A stretch of DNA of 64,000 nt. Origin: Yuukianura sp. NJ FZ-2021 (Eukaryota). Shown here piece after piece: positions 30,318 through 43,500 of this stretch; within the stretch, counting starts at the first letter, position 1; each line of letters begins with the position of its first letter. Both the position numbers and the translations under genes were made by a program. Location: NCBI GenBank assembly GCA_046563655.1, contig JAJCTO010000012.1, forward strand, positions 186,001 through 250,000, given 5' to 3'. The notes beneath the pieces are model-generated. The model searched no databases. It worked only from the letters and a program-made list of their open reading frames with translations, and was not told where the DNA came from.

Positions 30318-31683
30318 GGAGGTTTGGGAAGTACGGCGGATGCGATGTTTGTAAGAAGATCCGTCATTGTAGAGAAAGCAGACATCATCGAAGGAACCCA
30401 TTGGTTTTCCTGAGCTGGTGGTCCAGTTTGCGGATTATGAAATGACTGCGGCTGATGTGGGCTGGTTTGTAGTGGTCTTGAATCAACGTTAGGGAAGGGA
30501 CGTTGAACAGCTTGGCTATAACTAGCCAGCTGCTGGGGTTGTTGATTATTGGGATTGTTTCGGGGGCGCAGTGGTCTACAGTTGCGGGTCAAAGGGTCAA
30601 TGCCTTGGCTCCACCACCATTTGTGACAGTATCGAACAATATGCCCAATATTGTTGCAGTAATCGCAAATTGGCTTTCCATCATCAGAACGACGATTCTG
30701 TTGTGGAGGGAAATGGCGATCGGGCTGGGGAGCAGTTTGAACTGCTGGTTGGGTTTGAGCAGGAGGGCGTTGGTACTGCTGGACTTGGTAGGGAATAGTT
30801 GTAGGGAAATTAGCATTTGGAATGGCGGGAGCCATTTGAGTTTCAAGTCCACTTAGAGAAACCATCGGATCAGAATTGGGTTTAGAGCGGGTGTGAACAT
30901 CAGCAACTCGTCTCAGGATCTTCTGGAATTCGGAAGGGGTCTGGATATTCTGCATGACAAATGCTTGTTCCAGCTCATGTGGGAGACCACGAACTAATTG
31001 TTCAACCTTCCGGAATTCTGGCATCATGGGATCAAGTTTGGAAAGAATTTGGATTTTTTCAGCCACATACTGGTCAATGTTGTCTCCTATTTTGAACCGC
31101 AGAGCCTTGCTCTGGGCTTTGAAAACCTCCCGTCGCTCTTTAAGGGAAAAATGGGAAACAAATTCTTTTTCAAATTTGCTCCAAATGTTTTCTGCAACTG
31201 CTCACGGAAATGGGGCCAAATGGAAACAAACCAGGCACTAGCAACACCCGTCAATACTCTGTCAAAATGACTGAGCGCTCCGAATGCACCAAAGCCTGAT
31301 CCGCTCAAGCCGTATTTGTATCGGGCCATGTATTCAGCAGGATCGCTCATTCCATCGTACTGTCTGATGTGTTTGAATATCTTGATGTCCTGCTTGCTTG
31401 GATCTGGTGGCGGGAAATTTCGAAAAATTTGGGGAATATTAGTTTGTACAGCTGCAGGGCTAGCAATGGTACTTGCTGGGGTGGGGGGTGTAGGAACGAA
31501 TTGGGCTTGTGTTGGGGCAAAATGAACTGCAGCAGGTTGACCTTGAGTTGACAAATTGAGAGTAGGAGGAAGAGTCTGGGTAGCAGTATCCATGGGAATT
31601 GTAGACTGGGATAAGATCTGTTGAGTGGGGTGTCCGTCTTGTTGGGGGGTAGAGGCAAATGGTCTCGCAAAGTATGACAGCAT
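30305..31683 (-). pseudogene. gag: Gag of element B, frameshift near 31180
   Basis: YDGMSDPAEY..LTGVASAWF capsid-like part (31087-31683) continues in another frame to EQLVRGL and CCHC CDYCNNIGHIVRYC (30305-31066). Confidence 0.85.
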
Positions 31684-31695
31684 TTTTGGGAATTC

Positions 31696-32109
31696 TTATA
31701 AACGGCGTCTCGGATCAACACGGGGTTCGGTTTCAAACACTAACCAGCCTTGGGCATTGGCAAATGCTTTGAACAACCACCGGTAAATGGGACCGAAGAA
31801 ATCCCAGTGGTAGTAGAGGATTCGTACAATTAGGGCTAGGAAGTAGTAAGTCTCGGTTCCAATGAGGACCCGGAAAAAGTAACGATAAGTTCTCGGAGCT
31901 TGCCGTAGGTAGAAGACTGGGATAATGTGGAGGGCGATATAGTCCGAAACAACCGAAAATGTCGCTATTAGACAGGAATAAGTAATGTGGGAGAGGAATG
32001 TTGCGATGAGATATACAGTTTCAAGGACCAAAAGGATGAAGCAGATTCCAAAGAATGCTGCTAAGCCGAGAAACACGACTGTTTTTAGAAAGGACCAAAA
32101 AATTTGCAT
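31696..32109 (-). CDS. Hydrophobic multi-TM ORF upstream of, and in frame with, gag of element B
   Basis: MQIFWSFLKTVVFLGLAAFFGICFILLVL...; separated from the gag ATG only by TAA GAA TTC CCA AAA. Confidence 0.45.
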   Translation of the reverse strand: MQIFWSFLKTVVFLGLAAFFGICFILLVLETVYLIATFLSHITYSCLIATFSVVSDYIALHIIPVFYLRQAPRTYRYFFRVLIGTETYYFLALIVRILYYHWDFFGPIYRWLFKAFANAQGWLVFETEPRVDPRRRL

Positions 32110-33947
32110 TTGCAGGGACTTCAAAATAACTTAAATGCTTTTCAGCACTTAAGCTTATTCAAGAAAATGTAGAAGAAGAGAGACCAAAAAGAAAACGACA
32201 ATCCGTTGAACAATGACGCCAATCGTAGCAATGACAACGATCAAGACAATGTAGAGGAATGGGGAGTACATCGTCTGTTTTCTGGACTGGGCAGGGACTT
32301 TCTAGAAATACTTGAAATAAATGGAATTATTAAATAGATAATGAATATGAATATTAATATTTATAACCTTAAATCTAGAAAAAGAAAGAAATGGGAATTG
32401 GAAAATAAATAGGGTATGTAGAGTTAGCTACTGTCTAGGGGCTAGGATTTCAAAAAGAAATCAAATTCCTCCAAAACAGAACTTTCAGAACAACCGAAGA
32501 AACAATCGGACAAGGAGGACAAGAAAAACGAGTCTTACGCCAACCGATGCAATGCCAAACCACATTAAGAAACCGACGAGCCAAAGAAAAATCTCAATAA
32601 TTTGCATTACTGAGCTTTGTTTTCAGAAAAAGAACCGAAAAATTGGAATGGGTACTTCAATTAGGGAGGGCACGATGTAAAATCGCGTTATCAGAAGAAT
32701 CGGCGAAGTCAGAGGATTAGGTAGTGCCTACTCACTCACTGACTAATAGTACACCGACTTAGAAAGTTTTAAGTTTTTAGAATTTTGAAAAATTTGGGCA
32801 GGGGTTTGGGACGAAAAGCCGCTTTTAATTTTTGAAGTTTGGACCAAAATCTGAATTTAATCAATTTAAAGTTAGAACGTAACGTGATTTAGGAATTAGG
32901 AATTGTTTTTAGCCAAATTCTGAAAAATCCGACTATTCAGGGGAATGGGGGATATCGCAGTTACGTGCGACTCGAAAAATCAGAAGAATCGGCTGACTCT
33001 GGGGATTAGGTTAGGTAGGGGGTAAACAAAAATCAGAATTCTGCTAAGTGTCTGAAATCAAGAAAAATTTGGGCAGAGTTCCGTTAAGGGGTAAGGAAAA
33101 TGTGAATTTGGTAACGTTGTTCAATGGTGGGACTAGGTGGGGCAGGCTTGATTCAAAAAAAAATTTTGAAAACCGAAAAATTTCAATTTACTTTAATTTT
33201 AGAAAAAATTTTGACAGGGGTTGGGTAGGGGTAGACGTTTTTCGAATTTAGGTTACGTTTAAAAAAATTTTTCAGACCAAAATTTCAGAAGGGAGGGAAA
33301 GGGGAATAGCCTCTTGACCTTTGCAGGGAAGACTGGGGTACTTTAGTTTGGGTGGGGCGCTACGCTTTTTTGAAAAAGAAAATTTAAATTTGTGGAAAAC
33401 GACTAAGTTGTTGAATTTTTGAAAAATTTTGAACAGGGGGGCGGGAGGATTTTTGAATTTGAATTTTCGCGGGGCTACTACTTTTTGTTGAAAAAAAAAA
33501 CGCTCGCGCAGAGGGAGGGGGGATAACCAAAAGAAAACGGCTGACCTTTGTGACCTTGCCTCAATCGGTCAGTGACTGCACGGAGGAGGCAGAACTGAAG
33601 AAAAGACGAGATGACGTGGAGGCAGGAAGTGATGAGTTGGAGCGTGGATTTGGAGCGTGGAGATGGAGAGTGGGTGTGACGTGGCGGTTGTGGCTTTTGT
33701 CAGCTCCTCGTGGGCTTTTTGGATGATGGTGGCTCGTGGCTCGTGGCTATTGGCAGGTTGGTGACTCGCTACCTGAAAAAAATTGATGAAAAATGAGCAT
33801 GATTTTGAAACAATCTTACAAAAATTGCTAATTAAAAAAATTTTGATTAGTTTTTGGAGAGGTCACGGGGTCACAGGGCTCCTAGTGGCACGATTCAGCT
33901 TTGGCGGTGAGGTCACGGTGGCTCGTTTCCCGTCAGAGCATCCCACC

Positions 33948-34508
33948 TGAGGGGTTGCAATGCCCCGACGACTGGCACACTGGCCACTCGAAATAAATGA
34001 GATGATGTGAGGCAGAGGTCACGAGAGCTGTACACGGATAATGAACTTTTATTTACAATAATTAGGATAGAGTTTACGTTCTAATAAGGGCCAAATGTTG
34101 AATTGATGAAGTGTAGAGGTTGGTGGGGCTCGGTCCTGACAGGATTGACCAGGTACTGGTCCGGTGGGGCTTGTAGAGGTCACGTCCGTGTCACACAATA
34201 GATCCGGCGTGGTCCAGTGGCCAATCCAAGATGGAGGAGATGTGGAGAGAGACGGGACAAGATCCGGGCAGAGTGACGGTTGGAGTTGGACTGTTGTATG
34301 GACAGGAGTGGACTGGAGTGACGATGACGAGACGAGATGCATGTCCAAATAGATGATGCAACTTCCCGCGCATCTGATTGGTTGTTGAGGTGGTTTTGGT
34401 GGTGAGGACGTGGAGTTGTTGTTGTGCTGCTGCTGGAAGGACGAAGGGGGAGAAGAGGGGAAAGGGAACCAAAGTGGCTATAGTGGTTTGTGGGGAATAA
34501 CCCCCCCA
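33948..34508 (-). repeat. 5' LTR of element B (561 bp)
   Basis: Direct repeat of 10599-11134; followed by TSD TTAT and satellite on the + strand. Confidence 0.93.
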
Positions 34509-37500
34509 TTATTTCAAAACAAATCATTAGAAAAACTCCCACGCATAGCAATGCCAGGAGAAAATGAGTTACTTTTCTGAAATCCTCATGAAAAGTACTA
34601 CAGGAACCCAAGTTTAATTGGCGTGGATAGATCGCAATTAAATCCGGTTAGAGCGTACTTAAAAGTCTGGATGAACCGCTCTGCTTCGGATTTTAGCTTG
34701 GGTTGGTATGCGCCACCCAAGGCAATGTCGAGCACCATTTTGACGCAAAAACGACTTAAATTTGTGAGAATGAACATGCAAATGTGAGAATGGACAGAAA
34801 GTAAAATACATTTTTGATATCCTCATAAAAAGTGCTACAGGAACCCACTTTCACTTGCTGTGTCGTCCCTCATCTTGTTACCTTTATTTATGAAAATTCA
34901 TGTTTCAAAACAAAGAATTCAAAAGAAATGCATTCCGGAACGATGCCTCGTATTTTATCTTGGGTTGGTATGCGCCACCCAAGGCAATGTGGAGCACCAT
35001 TTTGACGCAAAAACGACTTAAATTTGTGAGAATGAACATGCAAATGCGAGAATGAACAGAAAGTAAAATACATTTTTGAAATCCTCATAAAAAGTGCTAC
35101 AGGAACCCACTTTCACTTGCTGTGTCGTCCCTCATCTTGTTACCTTTATTTATGAAAATTCATGTTTCATAACAAAGAATTCAAAAGAAATGCATTCCGG
35201 AACGATGCTGGGTAAAAGTCAACTATATTTTTGAAATCCTCATAAAAAGGGCTACAGGAACCCACTTTCACTTGCTGTGTCGTCCCTCATCTTGATACCT
35301 TTATTTATGAAAATTTATTTCAAAACAAATCATTCGAAAAACTCCCACGCGTAGCAATGCCGGGAGAAAATGAGTTACTTTTCTGAAATCTTCCTGAAAA
35401 GTACTACAGGAACCCAAGTTTAATTGGCGTGGATAGATCGCAATTAAATCCGGTTAGAGCGTACTTAAAAGTCTGGATGAACCGCTCTGCCTCGGATTTT
35501 ATCTTGGGTTGGTGTGCGCCACCCAGGGCAATGTCGAGCACCATTTTGACGCAAAAACGACTTAAATTTGTGAGAATGAACATGCAAATGTGAGAATGAA
35601 CAGAAAGTAAATTACATTTTTGAAATCCTCATAAAAAGTGCTACAGGAACCTACTTTCACTTGCTGTGTCGTCCCTCATCTTGTTACCTTTATTTATGAA
35701 AATTTATGTTTCAAAACAAAGAATTCAAAAGAAATGCATTCCGGAACGATGCTGGGTAAAAGTCAACTATATTTTTGAAATCCTCATAAAGAGGGCTACA
35801 GGAACCCACTTTCACTTGCTGTGTCGTCCCTCATCTTGTTACCTTTATTTATGAAAATTTATTTCAAAACAAATCATTCGAAAAACTCCCACGCGTAGCA
35901 ATGCCGGGAGAAAATGAGTTACTTTTCTGAAATCCTCCTGAAAAGTACTACAGGAACCCAAGTTTAATTGGCGTGGATAGATCGCAATTAAATCCGGTTA
36001 GAGCGTACTTAAAAGTCTGGATGAACCGCTCTGCCTCGGATTTTATCTTGGGTTGGTATGCGCCACCCAAGGCAATGTCGAGCACCATTTTGACGCAAAA
36101 ATGACTTAAATTTGTGAGAATGAACATGCAAATGTGAGAATGAACAGAAAGTAAAATACATTTTTGATATCCTCATAAAAAGTGCTACAGGAACCCACTT
36201 TCACTTGCTGTGTCGTCCCTCATCTTGTTACCTTTATTTATGAAAATTCATGTTTCAAAACAAAGAATTCAAAAGAAATGCATTCCGGAACGATGCCTCG
36301 TATTTTATCTTGGGTTGGTATGCGCTACCCAGGGTAATGTCGAGCACCATTTTGACGCAAAAACGACTTAAATTTGTGAGAATGAACAGAAAGTAAATTA
36401 CATTTTCGAAATCCTCATAAAAAGGGCTACAGGAACCCACCTTCACTTGCTGTGTCGTCCCTCATCTTGTTACCTTTATTTATGAAAATTCATGTTTCAA
36501 AACCAAGAATTCAAAAGGAATGCATTCCGGAACGATGCCTCGTATTTTATCTTGGGTTGGTATGCGCCACCCAAGGCAATGTGGAGCACCATTTTGACGC
36601 AAAAACGACTTAAATTTGTGAGAATGAACATGCAAATGTGAGAATGAACAGAAAGTAAATTACATTTTTGAAATCCTCATAAAAAGTTCTACAGGAACCT
36701 ACTTTCACTTGCTGTGTCGTCCCTCATCTTGTTACCTTTATTTATGAAAATTTATGTTTCAAAACAAAGAATTCAAAAGAAATGCATTCCGGAACGATGC
36801 TGGGTAAAAGTCAACTATATTTTTGAAATCCTCATAAAGAGGGCTACAGGAACCCACTTTCACTTGCTGTGTCGTCCCTCATCTTGTTACCTTTATTTAT
36901 GAAAATTTATTTCAAAACAAATCATTCGAAAAACTCCCACGCGTAGCAATGCCGGGAGAAAATGAGTTACTTTTCTGAAATCCTCCTGAAAAGTACTACA
37001 GGAACCCAAGTTTAATTGGCGTGGATAGATCGCAATTAAATCCGGTTAGAGCGTACTTAAAAGTATGGATGAACCGCTCTGCCTCGGATTTTATCTTGGG
37101 TTGGTGTGCGCCACCCAGGGCAATGTCGAGCATCATTTTGACGCAAAAACGACTTAAATTTGTGAGAATGAACATGCAAATGTGAGAATGAACAGAAAGT
37201 AAAATACATTTTTGATATCCTCATAAAAAGTGTTACAGGAACCCACTTTCACTTGCTGTGTCGTCCCTCATCTTGTTACCTTTATTTATGAAAATTCATG
37301 TTTCAAAACAAAGAATTCAAAAGAAATGCATTCCGGAACGATGCCTCGTATTTTATCTTGGGTTGGTATGCGCTACCCAGGGTAATGTCGAGCACCATTT
37401 TGACGCAAAAACGACTTAAATTTGTGAGAATGAACTGAAAGTAAATTACATTTTCGAAATCCTCATAAAAAGGGCTACAGGAACCCACCTTCACTTGCTG

Positions 37501-40500
37501 TGTCGTCCCTCATCTTGTTACCTTTATTTATGAAAATTCATGTTTCAAAACCAAGAATTCAAAAGGAATGCATTCCGGAACGATGCCTCGTATTTTATCT
37601 TGGGTTGGTGTGCGCCACCCAAGGCAATGTGGAGCACCATTTTGACGCAAAAACGACTTAAATTTGTGAGAATGAACATGCAAATGCGAGAATGAACAGA
37701 AAGTAAAATACAGTTTTGAAATCCTCATAAAAAGTGCTACAGGAACCCACTTTCACTTGCTCTGTCGTCAGTCATCTTGTTACCTTTATTTATGAAAATT
37801 CATGTTTCAAAACAAAGAATTCAAAAGAAATGCATTCCGGAACAATGCTGGGTAAAAGTCAACTATATTTTTGAAATCCTCATAAAGAGGGCTACAGGAA
37901 CCCACTTTCACTTGCTGTGTCGTCCCTCATCTTGTTACCTTTATTTATGAAAATTTATTGCAAAACAAATCATTCGAAAAACTCCCACGCGTAGCAATGC
38001 CGGGAGAAAATGAGTTACTTTTCTGAAATCTTCCTGAAAAGTACTACAGGAACCCAAGTTTAATTGGCGTGGATAGATCGCAATTAAATCCGGTTAGAGC
38101 GTACTTAAAAGTCTGGATGAAACGCTCTGCCTCGGATTTTATCTTGGGTTGGTGTGCGCCACCCAGGGCAATGTCGAGCACCATTTTGACGCAAAGACGA
38201 CTTAAATTTGTGAGAATGAACATGCAAATGTGAGAATGAACAGAAACTAAATTACATTTTTGAAATCCTCATAAAAAGTGCTACAGGAACCCACTTTCAC
38301 TTGCTCTGTCGTCAGTCATCTTGTTACCTTTATTTATGAAAATTCATGGTTCAAAACAAAAAATTCAAAAGAAATGCATTCCGGAACGATGCTGGGTAAA
38401 AGTCAACTATATTTTTGAAATCCTCATAAAAAGTGCTACAGGAACCCACTTTCACTTGCTCTGTCGTCAGTCATCTTGTTACCTTTATTTATGAAAATTC
38501 ATGTTTCAAAACAAAGAATTCAAAAGAAATGCATTCCGGAACAATGCTGGGTAAAAGTCAACTATATTTTTGAAATCCTCATAAAGAGGGCTACAGGAAC
38601 CCACTTTCACTTGCTGTGTCGTCCCTCATCTTGTTACCTTTATTTATGAAAATTTATTTCAAAACAAATCATTCGAAAAACTCCCACGCGTAGCAATGCC
38701 GGGAGAAAATGAGTTACTTTTCTGAAATCTTCCTGAAAAGTACTACAGGAACCCAAGTTTAATTGGCGTGGATAGATCGCAATTAAATCCGGTTAGAGCG
38801 TACTTAAAAGTCTGGATGAACCGCTCTGCTTCGGATTTTATCTTGGGTTGGTGTGCGCCACCCAGGGCAATGTCGAGCACCATTTTGACGCAAAAACGAC
38901 TTAAATTTGTGAGAATGAACAGAAAGTAAATTACATTTTCGAAATCCTCATAAAAAGTGCTACAGGAACCCACTTTCACTTGCTCTGTCGTCAGTCATCT
39001 TGTTACCTTTATTTATGAAAATTCATGGTTCAAAACAAAGAATTCAAAAGAAATGCATTCCGGAACGATGCTGGGTAAAAGTCAACTATATTTTTGAAAT
39101 CCTCATAAAAAGTGCTACAGGAACCCACTTTCACTTGCTCTGTCGTCAGTCATCTTGTTACCTTTATTTATGAAAATTCATGTTTCAAAACAAAGAATTC
39201 AAAAGAAATGCATTCCGGAACAATGCTGGGTAAAAGTCAACTATATTTTTGAAATCCTCATAAAGAGGGCTACAGGAACCCACTTTCACTTGCTGTGTCG
39301 TCCCTCATCTTGTTACCTTTATTTATGAAAATTTATTTCAAAACAAATCATTCGAAAAACTCCCACGCGTAGCAATGCCGGGAGAAAATGAGTTACTTTT
39401 CTGAAATCTTCCTGAAAAGTACTACAGGAACCCAAGTTTAATTGGCGTGGATAGATCGCAATTAAATCCGGTTAGAGCGTACTTAAAAGTCTGGATGCAC
39501 CGCTCTGCCTCGGATTTTATCTTGGGTTGGTGTGCGCCACCCAGGGCAATGTCGAGCACCATTTTGACGCAAAAACGACTTAAATTTGTGAGAATGAACA
39601 TGCAAATGTGAGAATGAACAGAAAGTAAATTACATTTTTGAAATCCTCATAAAAAGTGCTACAGGAACCCACTTTCACTTGCTGTGTCGTCCCTCATCTT
39701 GTTACCTTTATTTATGAAAATTCATGTTTCAAAACAAAGAATTCAAAAGAAATGCATTCCGGAACGATGCCTCGTATTTTATCTTGGGTTGGTATGCGCT
39801 ACCCAGGGTAATGTCGAGCACCATTTTGACGCAAAAACGACTTAAATTTGTGAGAATGAACAGAAAGTAAATTACATTTTCGAAATCCTCATAAAAAGGG
39901 CTACAGGAACCCACTTTCACTTGCTGTGTCGTCCCTCATCTTGTTACCTTTATTTATGAAAATTCATGTTTCATAACAAAGAATTCAAAAGAAATGCATT
40001 CCGGAACGATGCTGGGTAAAAGTCAACTATATTTTTGAAATCCTCATAAAAAGGGCTACAGGAACCCACTTTCACTTGCTGTGTCGTCCCTCATCTTGTT
40101 ACCTTTATTTATGAAAATTTATTTCAAAACAAATCATTCGAAAAACTCCCACGCGTAGCAATGCCGGGAGAAAATGAGTTACTTTTCTGAAATCTTCCTG
40201 AAAAGTACTACAGGAACCCAAGTTTAATTGGCTGGATAGATCGCAATTAAATCCGGTTAGAGCGTACTTAAAAGTCTGGATGAACCGCTCTGCCTCGGAT
40301 TTTATCTTGGGTTGGTGTGCGCCACCCAGGGCAATGTCGAGCACCATTTTGACGCAAAAACGACTTAAATTTGTGAGAATGAACAAGCAAATGTGAGAAT
40401 GAACAGAAACTAAATTACATTTTTGAAATCCTCATAAACAGTGCTACAGGAACCCACTTTCACTTGCTCTGTCGTCAGTCATCTTGTTACCTTTATTTAT

Positions 40501-43500
40501 GAAAATTCATGGTTCAAAACAAAGAATTCAAAAGAAATGCATTCCGGAACGATGCTGGGTAAAAGTCAACTATATTTTTGAAATCCTCATAAAAAGTGCT
40601 ACAGGAACCCACTTTCACTTGCTCTGTCGTCAGTCATCTTGTTACCTTTATTTATGAAAATTCATGTTTCAAAACAAAGAATTCAAAAGAAATGCATTCC
40701 GGAACAATGCTGGGTAAAAGTCAACTATATTTTTGAAATCCTCATAAAGAGGGCTACAGGAACCCACTTTCACTTGCTGTGTCGTCCCTCATCTTGTTAC
40801 CTTTATTTATGAAAATTTATTTCAAAACAAATCATTCGAAAAACTCCCACGCGTAGCAATGCCGGGAGAAAATGAGTTACTTTTCTGAAATCTTCCTGAA
40901 AAGTACTACAGGAACCCAAGTTTAATTGGCGTGGATAGATCGCAATTAAATCCGGTTAGAGCGTACTTAAAAGTCTGGATGAACCGCTCTGCCTCGGATT
41001 TTATCTTGGGTTGGTGTGCGCCACCCAGGGCAATGTCGAGCACCATTTTGACGCAAAAACGACTTAAATTTGTGAGAATGAACATGCAAATGTGAGAATG
41101 AACAGAAACTAAATTACATTTTTGAAATCCTCATAAAAAATGCTACAGGAACCCACTTTCACTTGCTCTGTCGTCAGTCATCTTGTTACCTTTATTTATG
41201 AAAATTCATGGTTCAAAACAAAGAATTCAAAAGAAATGCATTCCGGAACGATGCTGGGTAAAAGTCAACTATATTTTTGAAATCCTCATAAAAAGTGCTA
41301 CAGGAACCCACTTTCACTTGCTGTGTCGTCCCTCATCTTGTTACCTTTATTTATGAAAATTTATTTCAAAACAAATCATTCGAAAAACTCCCACGCGTAG
41401 CAATGCCGGGAGAAAATGAGTTACTTTTCTGAAATCTTCCTGAAAAGTACTACAGGAACCCAAGTTTAATTGGCGTGGATAGATCGCAATTAAATCCGGT
41501 TAGAGCGTACTTAAAAGTCTGGATGAACCGCTCTGCCTCGGATTTTATCTTGGGTTGGTGTGCGCCACCCAGGGCAATGTCGAGCACCATTTTGACGCAA
41601 AAACGACTTAAATTTGTGAGAATGAACAGAAAGTAAATTACATTTTCGAAATCCTCATAAAAAGTGCTACAGGAACCCACTTTCACTTGCTCTGTCGTCA
41701 GTCATCTTGTTACCTTTATTTATGAAAATTCATGGTTCAAAACAAAGAATTCAAAAGAAATGCATTCCGGAACGATGCTGGGTAAAAGTCAACTATATTT
41801 TTGAAATCCTCATAAAAAGTGCTACAGGAACCCACTTTCACTTGCTCTGTCGTCAGTCATCTTGTTACCTTTATTTATGAAAATTCATGTTTCAAAACAA
41901 AGAATTCAAAAGAAATGCATTCCGGAACAATGCTGGGTAAAAGTCAACTATATTTTTGAAATCCTCATAAAGAGGGCTACAGGAACCCACTTTCACTTGC
42001 TGTGTCGTCCCTCATCTTGTTACCTTTATTTATGAAAATTTATTGCAAAACAAATCATTCGAAAAACTCCCACGCGTAGCAATGCCGGGAGAAAATGAGT
42101 TACTTTTCTGAAATCTTCCTGAAAAGTACTACAGGAACCCAAGTTTAATTGGCGTGGATAGATCGCAATTAAATCCGGTTAGAGCGTACTTAAAAGTCTG
42201 GATGAAACGCTCTGCCTCGGATTTTATCTTGGGTTGGTGTGCGCCACCCAGGGCAATGTCGAGCACCATTTTGACGCAAAGACGACTTAAATTTGTGAGA
42301 ATGAACATGCAAATGTGAGAATGAACAGAAACTAAATTACATTTTTGAAATCCTCATAAAAAGTGCTACAGGAACCCACTTTCACTTGCTCTGTCGTCAG
42401 TCATCTTGTTACCTTTATTTATGAAAATTCATGGTTCAAAACAAAGAATTCAAAAGAAATGCATTCCGGAACGATGCTGGGTAAAAGTCAACTATATTTT
42501 TGAAATCCTCATAAAAAGTGCTACAGGAACCCACTTTCACTTGCTCTGTCGTCAGTCATCTTGTTACCTTTATTTATGAAAATTCATGTTTCAAAACAAA
42601 GAATTCAAAAGAAATGCATTCCGGAACAATGCTGGGTAAAAGTCAACTATATTTTTGAAATCCTCATAAAGAGGGCTACAGGAACCCACTTTCACTTGCT
42701 GTGTCGTCCCTCATCTTGTTACCTTTATTTATGAAAATTTATTTCAAAACAAATCATTCGAAAAACTCCCACGCGTAGCAATGCCGGGAGAAAATGAGTT
42801 ACTTTTCTGAAATCTTCCTGAAAAGTACTACAGGAACCCAAGTTTAATTGGCGTGGATAGATCGCAATTAAATCCGGTTAGAGCGTACTTAAAAGTCTGG
42901 ATGAACCGCTCTGCTTCGGATTTTATCTTGGGTTGGTGTGCGCCACCCAGGGCAATGTCGAGCACCATTTTGACGCAAAAACGACTTAAATTTGTGAGAA
43001 TGAACAGAAAGTAAATTACATTTTCGAAATCCTCATAAAAAGTGCTACAGGAACCCACTTTCACTTGCTCTGTCGTCAGTCATCTTGTTACCTTTATTTA
43101 TGAAAATTCATGGTTCAAAACAAAGAATTCAAAAGAAATGCATTCCGGAACGATGCTGGGTAAAAGTCAACTATATTTTTGAAATCCTCATAAAAAGTGC
43201 TACAGGAACCCACTTTCACTTGCTCTGTCGTCAGTCATCTTGTTACCTTTATTTATGAAAATTCATGTTTCAAAACAAAGAATTCAAAAGAAATGCATTC
43301 CGGAACAATGCTGGGTAAAAGTCAACTATATTTTTGAAATCCTCATAAAGAGGGCTACAGGAACCCACTTTCACTTGCTGTGTCGTCCCTCATCTTGTTA
43401 CCTTTATTTATGAAAATTTATTTCAAAACAAATCATTCGAAAAACTCCCACGCGTAGCAATGCCGGGAGAAAATGAGTTACTTTTCTGAAATCTTCCTGA

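Larger units (their letters stand above)
10599..34508 (-). mobile_element. Element B: Ty3/Gypsy LTR retrotransposon (~11 kb after removing nested element C), TSD TTAT
   Basis: Direct-repeat LTRs TG...CA at both ends; TTAT at 10595-10598 and 34509-34512 restores satellite GAAAATTTATTTCAAAAC; gag and pol on the - strand. Confidence 0.95.

Noticed and set aside
33925..33947. PBS of element B (GG-TGGGATGCTCTGACGGGAA on the - strand)
   Set aside because: The position fits, but I could not match it confidently to any tRNA 3' end
35333..35350. CENP-B box-like TTCGAAAAA in one monomer type
   Set aside because: The required CGGG at the correct spacing is absent (reads CCCA)
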